The notes under the pieces were generated by a model. The model was not told the DNA's origin and did no database searches. It saw only the letters and a program-made list of their open reading frames with translations. From the NCBI GenBank assembly GCA_002811645.1, contig PDIP01000003.1:620001-684000 (forward strand): DNA of 64,000 nucleotides, given 5' to 3'. Made by a program: the position numbers and the translations under genes. Each line of letters opens with the position of its first letter. The stretch's first letter is position 1. Source of the stretch: Corallochytrium limacisporum Hawaii (lineage: Eukaryota; Protista; Pluriformea). This document shows positions 34,355 to 44,778 of the stretch, one piece after another.

Positions 34355-35867
34355 AGTGGTAGTTTTGCTATGTATATATCAACCCGGTATGATCAACACA
34401 GTAAATGTTTGGTCTACTATCATGTCTTGATCATTTGTATAGCTGTCAATTTGTAGCTAGAGTGCAACCTATAAAAGATAACACAATGGAGGTATTTGTA
34501 AACCATGAGGAGTATGGCCATACGTGAACGGTCGCAGGAACCAGCACAGGTGCAACCCAGTGGAAGGTGCATACACTATACAGCCCGTCAAAAACATACT
34601 GCAATTCAATTGCAGAAGACCCCATGGTATGGTACAGTAATACTGGCACATCCATGCGTTAGGTATAGAGCCCGAAGCAACCGGGACCCCCAGACAGTAC
34701 ATTTACATGGGAATGGTGGGCAGCTGCATTGTTTCACTATAAAAGTCAGGTCTTCGGTGACCCGTTCTGAATGTACTGTTCGAAACCGATTCCGAATAAA
34801 AAGAGAGGCTACAAAAGGCCAAAATTGCAGGATGACATTCTGTTGAGAGAATTTCTGTATTTTTATTTGTGTGTGTTTTTTCTTTCTTCAGTTTTCTGTG
34901 TCCAGCGGGGAACTTGTGTGTGTATATTCAGAGAAATATGGCGAATCAAAAGTCATCCCACTTCCATAGTGAATGCATTGAAGCCAGTTTTTGTCAAGCA
35001 TTTGGGCAGTAATACTGGAGTGAAAGCCAGAAAATAAACCCCTGGTTTTTGCTACAGTGACTGTGTACGTTAAGGGTCACAGTTGCGCGAGACCGCAGAA
35101 AGGTTCCCCTTGTTTGTGGGCTACCTTCGTATTAGCCAAGTAGAAACGCGTTGGGTCCCCGCTCTTAGTCGGGGCAGGTGTGGGTTTCTCCACCATTGAA
35201 AAGTGACACAGGCTACGGAGCGTGGGGCGCAGCAGCAGGTGCCTTACAGCGGAAGTGCTTAACAACCCCCCTACCCCGTCGCTTTTCCCGGCCCGAGAAC
35301 ATTGGGAACGGACGATTCCGTGTGAGCCTATGCTCTGAGAATGGCTCATCCGGAGCGTGTACATTTCGTCAAAACCCTACATGTTCACGTTGCGTATCTT
35401 CACATATCTCAATCTCAGTTACCGTTCGGATGGTTGTCTGCTAAAGCTTGACTGTCCGTCGATTTGCATGGAACAGACAAACCTTCCCCTGGTATTGGAA
35501 CAATGCAAGGCAATCATCAGCCATCAACACAAAAGATATATATTATTGAATCAGCTTGGGCTCATCCTACGGAGAGTTTGAAAATTTCCTTGGCCAATAC
35601 ATTAATGTCGTCTTCTTTAACAAGTCATTCGTGGACCTAGAAATGTGTGCGCCACTTTGCGGGAGAGGCGAAGAGATCTTACTGTGAGATCATGTCAAGC
35701 TAGACGGGTCTTAAGCAGATATTCTCCTATAGATATTTCCTATTTCAGATATGGTAAACTAGCAATCGTTATCATCAACCAACTCAACATTAATCAATGC
35801 GTTACTGGCACAGAAAATAGTAATAATTCCTTTTGACCTACACATGAGATATGTCTCATGGTGTTGC

Positions 35868-37955
35868 TTAACCCCGCGCCTCAAACACGACCTCGTCATC
35901 ATCATCATCGTCGTCGTATGTGTCACCAAGGTCGTTGAGTTCATGTTGGTCATCGCCCATTAGCCGTGTGAATTCGTAACGTCGTCCTAGTGGACGGTAG
36001 CCCTTGGTACGGCGCTTGAGACGGTAGAAGAAGAATGCACCAATGCTTAAACTTGCCACAGACAGAATTACACCGATGGCAACAATGACAATGCCCGCAG
36101 TGCTCCCGACGTGCTCCGATTCCAGCGGCACGCACATGCGATCAGTTCCGTTTGTGGCGCCAATGCCACCACTGCCCGCCTGATCATCTCGAGCATCGTG
36201 AAACCCATCGATGCAGATGCCACAGAACCCTTGGTCACCCACACTGCACACCTCGCGGTGCAAATCGAAACAATTTTCTGTACAAATTACGACACCAGTA
36301 AGGTAGGCCGCATCACCGTCCGACTGGAAGGCATCATACAGCTGACCCTCACCGGCCAGACGGCCGGTGATGAGTAGGGCGTTCTTAGCAACTGGTCCAA
36401 GCGCATTCACGCTTCCGGATCCCCGCTTGGGGTTGAAGAGGACAAGGTCCCAGACGGGTCGGTCCTTGTCATCAAACCCCATAACGAATGGGCCGGGTCC
36501 TTTCTCTTCCAGGGGGATACGGTATGGTTTCTGTTTCTTTGAATCTTCATCAGTACCGGCGTCCAGACTCTCTGCTACAGCATCTCCCTTGCCCAGGTTG
36601 CCGCTCAGGGTGAAACCATTGATAAGATTGAAGGTCGCGCTGCTCAGATTGTCTTCTGCAGTGCTGCCGACCCTGGCAGCCCCCTTGGCGTGGCCGTCGC
36701 CGTCGATGCGCACCCAAAAGATGTCCTGATTTGCACTACCCAAGGAAGAACTTTTCGACACCTCGGGTAGGGACAGATCCCCGTTATACTCTCCAAGTAG
36801 GATCGCTTCGACAGCACTGGAGTCGTGAACAACATACCGACCGGTACTATAGTGATCCTTGCCACTGCTGCTGACGGCTATATTGTAGGTCCACTGCACT
36901 TGCGCAGTCGCATCAATCTCTGCAGCCCACCCAGCACTTTGGCCGTTACCCGCCGTGACAGTGTGAGATTCGTCGAAGTTGCACGTGCCCTTCACATCGC
37001 CGGATAACAGGAACCCATCGCATGTGCACATCACCACACTCCCAACAGTAATGCGGTTCTGTGCGCTGTCTCCAGTAATTATTTTTGGACAAAAGTCTCC
37101 CTTACCATACCCTTCACCGTCTTGGAGGCAATCACCAGTACCTGGGTCAAGGGCCACCAGGGCTAGACCATAACCATTCGGATCACCACTGGGCATTTGC
37201 TTTGTCTCTGACGTGTCCAAGGGACCCCCACCACTATCTTGACTCACGTCAGTCAATCCAATCTCTCCGCGAAAGTTTACGGCAAGCAACAGAGTTTTCC
37301 CGTCTTTGTCAATGGCCATACCACCGCGCGTTAAGAGATCTTGCGATTCACTGTCACTGTTGCCAGAACCTTCCTTGTCCACTGCAATCACTCGGCCCCA
37401 CTGCGGTATTAGATCCGCCAGCGACAGACAGATCACGAACACTGCTCGATTGTGACCCTGCGGCACGGTCAGGTGGACCTGCTTGTTATCGGTGCCAAAG
37501 GATATATTGTGCTCGAAGAGACCCATCAAGTATGCACGCTCTCCATGGTTCTGCAACGCGAATGGAATCGCCGGCTGGGGCGGTTCGTCCAAACCTTTCA
37601 TGTCCATACTCGATGATCTCAGTTTGGCGAAAATTCCAGCCTTCATGCGACCGATAAATATGCTGGCCAACGACTCGCCAGTTTTTGGGTTCTTGTCACT
37701 TTGCAAAAGAATGCCATCGAAGTCCAGCTGGTCTGTATACTCACCCGCGATCAGCATTGTTTCACCGTAGTCTTGCAATGGCACTCCCACCATAAGGAGG
37801 CCTGCACTGCCCGGGTTTCCGACCTGTTGACGATAGCCAAAGTGGGCATACTGTGTGTTAGTGGCATAGTCTGCCGCCAGTACTGTGCTTACCAAAAGGC
37901 ACATTGCCGCTGCAAAAACGCAGCTGCTCATTACAGACCAGCTGCAACGTATCAT
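35868..37955 (-). CDS. Type I membrane protein: signal peptide, beta-propeller-type repeats, Cys-rich juxtamembrane module, TM helix, Tyr/acidic cytoplasmic tail
   Basis: Signal VFAAAMCLLVSTVLA; recurring G-x-F/Y-x-G-x-x-x-F motifs and DIFWVRIDGDG; CTENC..C..CGICIDGF..C; TM GIVIVAIGVILSVASLSIGAFFFY followed by RLKRR; YRPL and DDDDDDDE. Confidence 0.9.
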   Translation of the reverse strand: MIRCSWSVMSSCVFAAAMCLLVSTVLAADYATNTQYAHFGYRQQVGNPGSAGLLMVGVPLQDYGETMLIAGEYTDQLDFDGILLQSDKNPKTGESLASIFIGRMKAGIFAKLRSSSMDMKGLDEPPQPAIPFALQNHGERAYLMGLFEHNISFGTDNKQVHLTVPQGHNRAVFVICLSLADLIPQWGRVIAVDKEGSGNSDSESQDLLTRGGMAIDKDGKTLLLAVNFRGEIGLTDVSQDSGGGPLDTSETKQMPSGDPNGYGLALVALDPGTGDCLQDGEGYGKGDFCPKIITGDSAQNRITVGSVVMCTCDGFLLSGDVKGTCNFDESHTVTAGNGQSAGWAAEIDATAQVQWTYNIAVSSSGKDHYSTGRYVVHDSSAVEAILLGEYNGDLSLPEVSKSSSLGSANQDIFWVRIDGDGHAKGAARVGSTAEDNLSSATFNLINGFTLSGNLGKGDAVAESLDAGTDEDSKKQKPYRIPLEEKGPGPFVMGFDDKDRPVWDLVLFNPKRGSGSVNALGPVAKNALLITGRLAGEGQLYDAFQSDGDAAYLTGVVICTENCFDLHREVCSVGDQGFCGICIDGFHDARDDQAGSGGIGATNGTDRMCVPLESEHVGSTAGIVIVAIGVILSVASLSIGAFFFYRLKRRTKGYRPLGRRYEFTRLMGDDQHELNDLGDTYDDDDDDDEVVFEARG

Positions 37956-38420
37956 AGTCACCAGTGTTTGCTTCCAATACTGTGTCCTAAACTTTGAAAT
38001 ACATCATAGTCCTGACGTGGACCGAAATCTCTTCGGAGATCCCTAGCCTTATATCTTATTCCGTTGTTCGTCGCTGAGATAACAAACAATTTGTGGTCAC
38101 AGTTTGTTGTTGAGCTGACGAAGCTCATATAGCTGAGCGGAATTGTTGCGCACAGAAAACTTAATAAACGCACACTCAAAGCAACCCGAAACCTAACATT
38201 TCTTCAATTTCTTGTCAACATCCTGGGACTGAGACCCCTTCTCCGCTGCCAAAGGAAACAACAGCCATTTCCGACCCGCAAGAAAAGGGACGGGTCCTGA
38301 CGCAGACTATAGCGAATGTATTGCGGAGTGCTAGCCGCTCCCCAGCCCGAGGGCCAGGGTGGGCTGCGGGGTTCGCCTGCAGGGGAGCGCGGGTTTCCCC
38401 CAGCAAATTCGCGGGCACCG

Positions 38421-38439
38421 CCCCCCCGGGGGGGGGGGG
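38421..38439. repeat. C7G12 homopolymer palindrome
   Basis: Read directly; divergent intergenic region. Confidence 0.95.
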
Positions 38440-38709
38440 TTCTGGAGGTAAGATTTTCTGCTATCAGGAGCACTGATGGTCAACCGTTTCAGCTAGAAAA
38501 GAATATAGTAACGCAGGTCTTGTCAGATGGATATGATATGGTCTGCACGGAGGCCAGGAGTGAAAATGGCGAATTTAGACAAGCCATGTGTATAATATCA
38601 TGTCCTAACAACTACAGGAAACTAACCGAGTACCCGTGATAAGGAACTCAATGTTATGACAAGGATGACCTGACTGCGGACGTAAATGGTTAACGATTAG
38701 TTGGCAACA

Positions 38710-41217
38710 ATGTTTGAAATAGCCCCGCGAGGGCCGTTCTTGCCATACAGTAACGCACTGGGACCGATATCAGTCCAGGTTGTGTCACCCTTAAGTGTCG
38801 CCAGTAGCAATCTCCGTGGGAGACTGCAACGGCCACTGAGCCTGACCTTTGGTTCCGCCAAGTACGATGAACGGACCGAAGAGAAGGATCTCTACAAAGA
38901 AACCATAGGGACACTTGAATTAACAGAGACACATCTATGTTTCTATTTGAAAGGAAAGGAGGGACCCCACGTAAAGATCCCAGTCTCAATGTTTAACAGT
39001 CTAGAGCGACACACCGTGAAGGGTCTTCACCGGGCGGTGATCTATTTTGATGACAATACGACGCGGTCCTGGGTCATGAACAGCTCGGAAGAGGTCATGA
39101 CCCTGGCCACGGGCCTGTACATGGTTTCTCAAGGGGACGATCTTAAGACGTCAGCTGCCCTGAGGATTTTCTACGATCACTTGTACAAGGACGTTGCCAA
39201 ACGTAGGTCGCTGAGACGGTCTGCGTGGGCACCCTTCACTTGGGAGCAGGAGTTGGCGCGGCTGGGTCTGCCAGATCGGAACTGGGTGTTAGTAGATAAC
39301 TCAGAATTTCGGTACTGCGGGACCTATCCAAAGCCGTTGGTGCAACCCGGGTCGTTGAATCCGGATCTGATCATGCAGGCAGCAGATTTTCGGCGTGGCA
39401 AACGATTCCCCACCATGGTCTACCACCATCCAGAGAATGAAGCAGCGTTAATGGTGGCTGGTCAGCCCTTGATCGGACCTTTCGATCGCCGCAGTCCGCC
39501 CAATGAGCAGATGATGCGCGCGATTGCGGCCATGAGTCCGAGCGGGACAACTCACATCATGGATGTGCGCAAGAGTAAAGATGTTGAGACGGATCGGAAG
39601 GCTTTTGGAGGCGCGGACATGGTTGATCATTACAACGACGGTGCCGGAAACCAGGCTTCCGTTCAGAGTCACCTGCTACACCTGGATGATCTGCAGACAA
39701 TCGCCAATGCATTCTACCGTCTGAAACAGTCATGTAAATCGCTCACGTCACTGTCAGCGGACTATTCTGCGAAGGGTGAGGGCATCGAATGGCAACGGGT
39801 AGTCCATGGTACGCTGCGAGCAGCGCAGTACGTGGCACAAGTTCTAGAGTACGAGGCGTCGAGTGTCATGCTGGTCAGTGCACAAGGCACGGACCGAAAT
39901 CTACTTGTGGCCAGTTTGGCTGAGTTTCTAGTCGATCCGTTCTACCGTACGATCCGTGGATTCCAGTTCTTGATTGACAAGACCTGGATTAGCATGGGCC
40001 ATCCGTTTGCTACACGGTACGCCCGCTACTCGAGCTACTACGATGACAACAGCAGCCCCAGCAGCGAAAGGGCACCCATCTTCCATCTTTTCCTAGACTG
40101 CATCTATCAGATCATCACGCAAAAACCAAATGCCGTTGAATTCACGCCTAATTTGCTGATACTCCTGCAGGATGAGCTGTATATGGGCTGGGGAGGTAAT
40201 TTTCTGGGCAATAGTGAACAGGAAAGGTCGCAGGATCTGCAAGATGAGGAGCGCACCTCCCACGGTGGAATCTGGGAGAAGGTGCATACGGACTCACGGC
40301 ACCATCAGTACGTAAACCCACTCTATGAGTATGAGCGCGGCATCTTACCAATTTCTTTATGCCACTGCCAAGTGCACCTGTGGGTAGACTACTTTGCGCG
40401 TCAGGACCTCGATTGGGATAGCAAGCGGATGCTAAGTGCTAAACTGCGCGACAATGACAGCCAACTGCGCAGCAATGAGCGCCACTTGGCCAGCGTCAAG
40501 ACATGGGTTGCACAGATGCGTCGGTCTGTGCATGGGAACGCGGCTGTGGCTGAGAGCGTACAGCACCAACAGGCGAGATCTTTACACCCTTCTATATCTG
40601 CGACTGTGCAGGTCCGAAGAATTGATATGAATGAGGATGATATCACTAGGAACATCAATTCCAGGTCTCCGGCAACTGCAGTGACTGACTCGTCACAAAC
40701 TACATCGACGGTTTCGTCAACAGAAAGGAAAGTTTCCAACTCTGCACCTGCTCTTTCTCCGATTCCCCCAGTTCCAGACCCACAGCAAGAGGAACCCACA
40801 CTAAAGCCGACGTCAGCGGTGGTCTCACCGCCAGGGGCTCGGACGGGTGCAACCCCTTCGCCTGCGGCTTCCGCCGTTAGTGGTGTAAAAAAATCACCTG
40901 TGCCCATGCTCACAGGCCTGCAACAGCGCCAGGCGCGCTCCGGCGGTCTTCTGGAAAACGACAGTGATTCGGATGACGACCACGACCTCTTCCGTCCGCC
41001 GCAGCAGCGCAAAGTGTCACCGGCGATCTCAGCTGCGAAACCCCTGTCAACCTCATCGCCCACGCTCAGCTCGCCACCCGCGACAGTACCACAAAGCAAC
41101 GGGACAGGGGATGACAGTGGCAACAGCGCCGCACGTGCACAGAAACCCTCGAAACCCTCGGAGACGACTTCTGCTGATTGTCCGAAGTGCCACATGCCTC
41201 TATGTGTGTGTGATTGA
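38710..41217 (+). CDS. Myotubularin-related protein, predicted catalytically inactive (MTMR9-like)
   Basis: PH-GRAM-like N-terminus (GTLELTETHLCF), CGTYP, FRRGKRFP, DPFYRTIRGFQFLIDKTWISMGHPF, PIFHLFLDCIYQI. P-loop reads VSAQGTDR instead of HCSDGWDR. Coiled coil follows. Confidence 0.92.
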   Translation: MFEIAPRGPFLPYSNALGPISVQVVSPLSVASSNLRGRLQRPLSLTFGSAKYDERTEEKDLYKETIGTLELTETHLCFYLKGKEGPHVKIPVSMFNSLERHTVKGLHRAVIYFDDNTTRSWVMNSSEEVMTLATGLYMVSQGDDLKTSAALRIFYDHLYKDVAKRRSLRRSAWAPFTWEQELARLGLPDRNWVLVDNSEFRYCGTYPKPLVQPGSLNPDLIMQAADFRRGKRFPTMVYHHPENEAALMVAGQPLIGPFDRRSPPNEQMMRAIAAMSPSGTTHIMDVRKSKDVETDRKAFGGADMVDHYNDGAGNQASVQSHLLHLDDLQTIANAFYRLKQSCKSLTSLSADYSAKGEGIEWQRVVHGTLRAAQYVAQVLEYEASSVMLVSAQGTDRNLLVASLAEFLVDPFYRTIRGFQFLIDKTWISMGHPFATRYARYSSYYDDNSSPSSERAPIFHLFLDCIYQIITQKPNAVEFTPNLLILLQDELYMGWGGNFLGNSEQERSQDLQDEERTSHGGIWEKVHTDSRHHQYVNPLYEYERGILPISLCHCQVHLWVDYFARQDLDWDSKRMLSAKLRDNDSQLRSNERHLASVKTWVAQMRRSVHGNAAVAESVQHQQARSLHPSISATVQVRRIDMNEDDITRNINSRSPATAVTDSSQTTSTVSSTERKVSNSAPALSPIPPVPDPQQEEPTLKPTSAVVSPPGARTGATPSPAASAVSGVKKSPVPMLTGLQQRQARSGGLLENDSDSDDDHDLFRPPQQRKVSPAISAAKPLSTSSPTLSSPPATVPQSNGTGDDSGNSAARAQKPSKPSETTSADCPKCHMPLCVCD

Positions 41218-41312
41218 AAACGAATTGGGGGCAAACGAAAGCAGTATATTGATAGCAAGTAAACTATACGAAGTTTTTTCTTTGGTACAACTGGGTGTAG
41301 ATGTTTGATTGT

Positions 41313-43577
41313 CTAGCATCGCTCAAAAACCCTGTAGAGATCCGGCAGCGATGCAATGGTAACGATGGTACCGTCCTGCAGATGGCTGGCGGGCGGAAGG
41401 TAGTGCTTGGCCCGCAATGCCGGCAACATAATGTGCTGCACGAACTTTGTAAACCGGGGTGCAACAGTGTGAAAATCGGTACCTTCCTCCGTGACTTGGT
41501 CGAGTCGCGGAATTTGCTGGGAGGGCTCGGGGCGAAGGGCATAGAGCTGTGCCACCTCCCTGCTAAGGGTGTCCACAAGGAGCGTGTCGTTGTCCCACTC
41601 CACTTCCGTGGCCAAGCGCAGCAAGGTCATTGGAAGACGGTCCTGGCTCGGAAGGTAATCATCAATAAGTCTTGGCAGGCTCCGCAGAGTCTGAGTGTGT
41701 GTGTCAAGGTCGAGGCTGATCATTTCTCTGAGCATTTCAGCTTGGACCATGAGCTGCGCGACGGCGGCCTGAGCTAGTTCCTCACGGCTGCCGTCCTCCT
41801 CCTGCCACCCCGCCGCTGGATCGTGCAGCGCGGCGAGTACGAGCGGTTCGAGTGGCAGCGGTTCGCGAAAATTGATCCGTGGCAAGGCGCCCAGATGGCC
41901 AACCACAGCCTGCCGGAACCATTCGTAGGATATTTTGAAGAGATTGAGGAGCAGCAGCGACGTCTCAAACTGTGCGAGAGCGTAGTAATGGTCGACGCAG
42001 CCGACAAATGTCAGACGCTCAAAGACGGCCTTGAGTTTAGCAGAGTGTTGGGTTCGGCACTGGCGTTTTAACCCTCGGATCGTCTGCAGCTCGTGTGCCA
42101 CGGCATCCTGTTCGATGTCAAGCAGCGACGCTTTACGTTTCCGCGGCTCTGTGTCAACCCGAGCGACATCTGCAGGGCCTTGTTGCTGCAGGTGGTGATG
42201 GTCGTGGTCATGGTCATCGTGGCAATGGTGCTGATGGATTGGCTGACCATCTTTTTCCTGCTGCTCTTGCCGCTGCTCTGGCGCAGTTTTCTTCGTAGTG
42301 GTGACATTGAAGGCGTCTAATTTGAGCTCTTTGGCATCCGTACGGACCATATTCCGGGGGTCGTACTTTGGCTTTAGAGGGACCCGAGTGCTCGTGCTCG
42401 AACGTTCTGCGGATTCGACGCCATCAGTCTCGTCTCCGTCGCCTCCAGTTCCGACCAATGGATCTTCTATGACCTGCCGAATCCCTTCGACAGTGGCTGC
42501 GCTTGACCGTGAGACGCCCTCAAGGATCGATTGCTTCAACCCACGAATTCCCGCCTGGGCTGTGAAAGTGCGTGACTTGTTCGCACCTTGCAACGTCTCG
42601 TCAATTGCAGTGCAGATGCATTCTATAATGTCGTCCTCCCGTAGGAAGTGGACCTCCTTTTTCGACGGGTGGACATTCACATCCACGTTTTCGGGTGGCA
42701 GGATCAGACTGATGTAGGTCCAAGGTCTGCCGTGGCGAGGTAGATACTGCTGATACACCTGCAAAATGGCCCGCTGCAGGGCAGGGTTCTCTACCAGACG
42801 ATTATTGATGAAGAGGATGTGGGTGGACTTCGTACTGCTAAAATTGGCATTAGAGATTAGGCCTCGACATTTTACCCCGAGTAGGCTGTCCTCCATTTCG
42901 ACTTCCTGCAGTTCTCGGCTAGTCTTGGATCCGAACAAAGTACGTACTGTGTCCAATTGTTTCTCAGACTTCGTCGTCCGCAAATCCGCCGATGTCTGTC
43001 CCTGCTTCTTAAGGCTGACAGCGACACCGTGATTGTGCAGTGCGTATCGTTGGACCATGTCAAATATTCGTGCATACTCGTCCGTCTTGGAGAAGGCCCG
43101 CCGTCGCGTGGCCATGTTGTAGAAGAGATCTTCGACTGTGATCTGTGTACCCTGAGTGCCTGCACACGGGGCCGGTTTCTGGAGCGGTTTGCCGTCCTGG
43201 TACTTCAGTTTCCATGCACATTCTGCATCCTCCGTTTTAGTCACTACTGTGACATGACCAACCATCGAAATTGAGGCCAATGCCTCGCCACGAAACCCGT
43301 AGGTTTGAACTGTACTCAGATCTTCGAATTTTTTGAGCTTGCTGGTAGCGAATCGCTCGCAGAGCAGTTTAAGATCGTCTTTGTGGATGCCCGTACCATT
43401 GTCGGAGATCTGAATCTGTTTGACGCCCGCGTCCTTAACTACAATACTAATGCTAGTCGATTGCGCATCTAGCGAATTCTCAAGCATTTCTTTGATAACA
43501 TTTACTGGCCTTGCAACCACTTCACCTGCAGCAATGCGGTTGACGGTGGCCTTGTCTAACTGCTTGATCACTCCCAT
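41313..43577 (-). CDS. MLH1: DNA mismatch repair protein MLH1
   Basis: VNRIAAGEVV, KEMLENSLDA, ERFATSKL, TYGFRGEALASIS, VDVNVHPSKKEV, terminal YRVFERC. Confidence 0.98.
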   Translation of the reverse strand: MGVIKQLDKATVNRIAAGEVVARPVNVIKEMLENSLDAQSTSISIVVKDAGVKQIQISDNGTGIHKDDLKLLCERFATSKLKKFEDLSTVQTYGFRGEALASISMVGHVTVVTKTEDAECAWKLKYQDGKPLQKPAPCAGTQGTQITVEDLFYNMATRRRAFSKTDEYARIFDMVQRYALHNHGVAVSLKKQGQTSADLRTTKSEKQLDTVRTLFGSKTSRELQEVEMEDSLLGVKCRGLISNANFSSTKSTHILFINNRLVENPALQRAILQVYQQYLPRHGRPWTYISLILPPENVDVNVHPSKKEVHFLREDDIIECICTAIDETLQGANKSRTFTAQAGIRGLKQSILEGVSRSSAATVEGIRQVIEDPLVGTGGDGDETDGVESAERSSTSTRVPLKPKYDPRNMVRTDAKELKLDAFNVTTTKKTAPEQRQEQQEKDGQPIHQHHCHDDHDHDHHHLQQQGPADVARVDTEPRKRKASLLDIEQDAVAHELQTIRGLKRQCRTQHSAKLKAVFERLTFVGCVDHYYALAQFETSLLLLNLFKISYEWFRQAVVGHLGALPRINFREPLPLEPLVLAALHDPAAGWQEEDGSREELAQAAVAQLMVQAEMLREMISLDLDTHTQTLRSLPRLIDDYLPSQDRLPMTLLRLATEVEWDNDTLLVDTLSREVAQLYALRPEPSQQIPRLDQVTEEGTDFHTVAPRFTKFVQHIMLPALRAKHYLPPASHLQDGTIVTIASLPDLYRVFERC

Positions 43578-44762
43578 GTCTATGGACAAGCAGGCCTGCA
43601 ATGAATTGTTGCCATTTTATTCTTTCCTCCTTCTTTGCTATATATGTCTTCTATACTTTTGATAGCCATTCAGTTCATGGTGATTCGCTGCGCAGCTCCA
43701 AATACCATCAGCACACTCCCAACCCTTGTGAAGACTAGGGCTCTCCAACTCTTCGCGCCAAACTCACCGGCAAGAAAGAAAGTGAGTCCCCTGAAGATGA
43801 GGTAATAGAATATACGGAAATTTCATTTAAGAGGAAGCTCTGTTCTCAGGCGCGCTGCTGCCAGAACCACCAACATGGAGTCTTCCAGTATTATGTATGG
43901 ATAATTCCACAGCGTTTACCTAGCGCCTGTCTTAATGGCTCGGGCATCGATCCCTCTCACCCAAGGCACTCGTTCCAGTATAAAATACACTAGTAAATTT
44001 AGAAGTATAAGTATATATAATTCCGGCCGCCGCCGCCATTGCATTGTTTGTCGTTGATGGGCGCATCCCTCCACACCCCCCTTCCCCGCGGGCCCGATCC
44101 TTCCCGAACGCCCCGCCCCGATACCACCCCCTCACGGCCATTCACCGACCCTGCGCACTGCGCCCCAAAAACCAAGGCCCAGGTTTGCGATAGCCAAAGA
44201 ACCTTGCGTAAATTGCAGAGTCACTTTAAAAATGTTCCTTCTGGCAGCTGCGCTCTTCGGTTAGGGGGGGGGGTTGGGCCTTCCGCTCTGTCCACGGAAG
44301 CGCTCAGAAAAAGCCGCCAACGCCCAACGGAGCGTGTGCGTGTGTGTGTTCGCTCTCCCTTTTTTGTCCCCTTGTCGATTTGGTGCGCGCAGTGCCGTAC
44401 AGAACATACGGCGGTGGGTGACCGATTATTGGGTCGGGGTGGGCGCGGATCCGAGTTCGTTTTGGGTGCCACCGCCGTCTCGTCCGGACGCACTGCGGTT
44501 CCAAGGAGGTACCGTTTTTGGGAGCCCTCCGATCAGGCCATGGCCATGTTTCAGTATTAAATGTATTGACTATTCCGTCACCTATCCCCTGCCAGAACAA
44601 ACGAGGCCAATCGAAAAGATTCGTGACCGAGACAGACTTGCACGAACCGGGGCAGACAGAAGGGGAAAACGGCCGCCCAGTACCAGTGACGGTGGTATGT
44701 TGGGTATAACGTCGCCGTTCTTGGCATTCTTTCGGCACAACAAGCAGCGGAGACAGAGGCGG

Positions 44763-44778
44763 CCCCCCGGGGGGGGGG
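44763..44778. repeat. C6G10 homopolymer palindrome
   Basis: Read directly; MLH1/CDC48 divergent intergenic region. Confidence 0.95.

Noticed and set aside
33434-34456. 340-aa ORF antisense to RPS4
   Set aside because: Shadow ORF produced by strong codon bias in a highly expressed gene; no recognisable motifs.
35075-35360. GC-rich stretch with faint RNase MRP/P-like words (GAAAGGTTCCCC, AATGGCTCAT)
   Set aside because: The P4 pseudoknot halves do not match or pair convincingly; an Infernal search would be needed.
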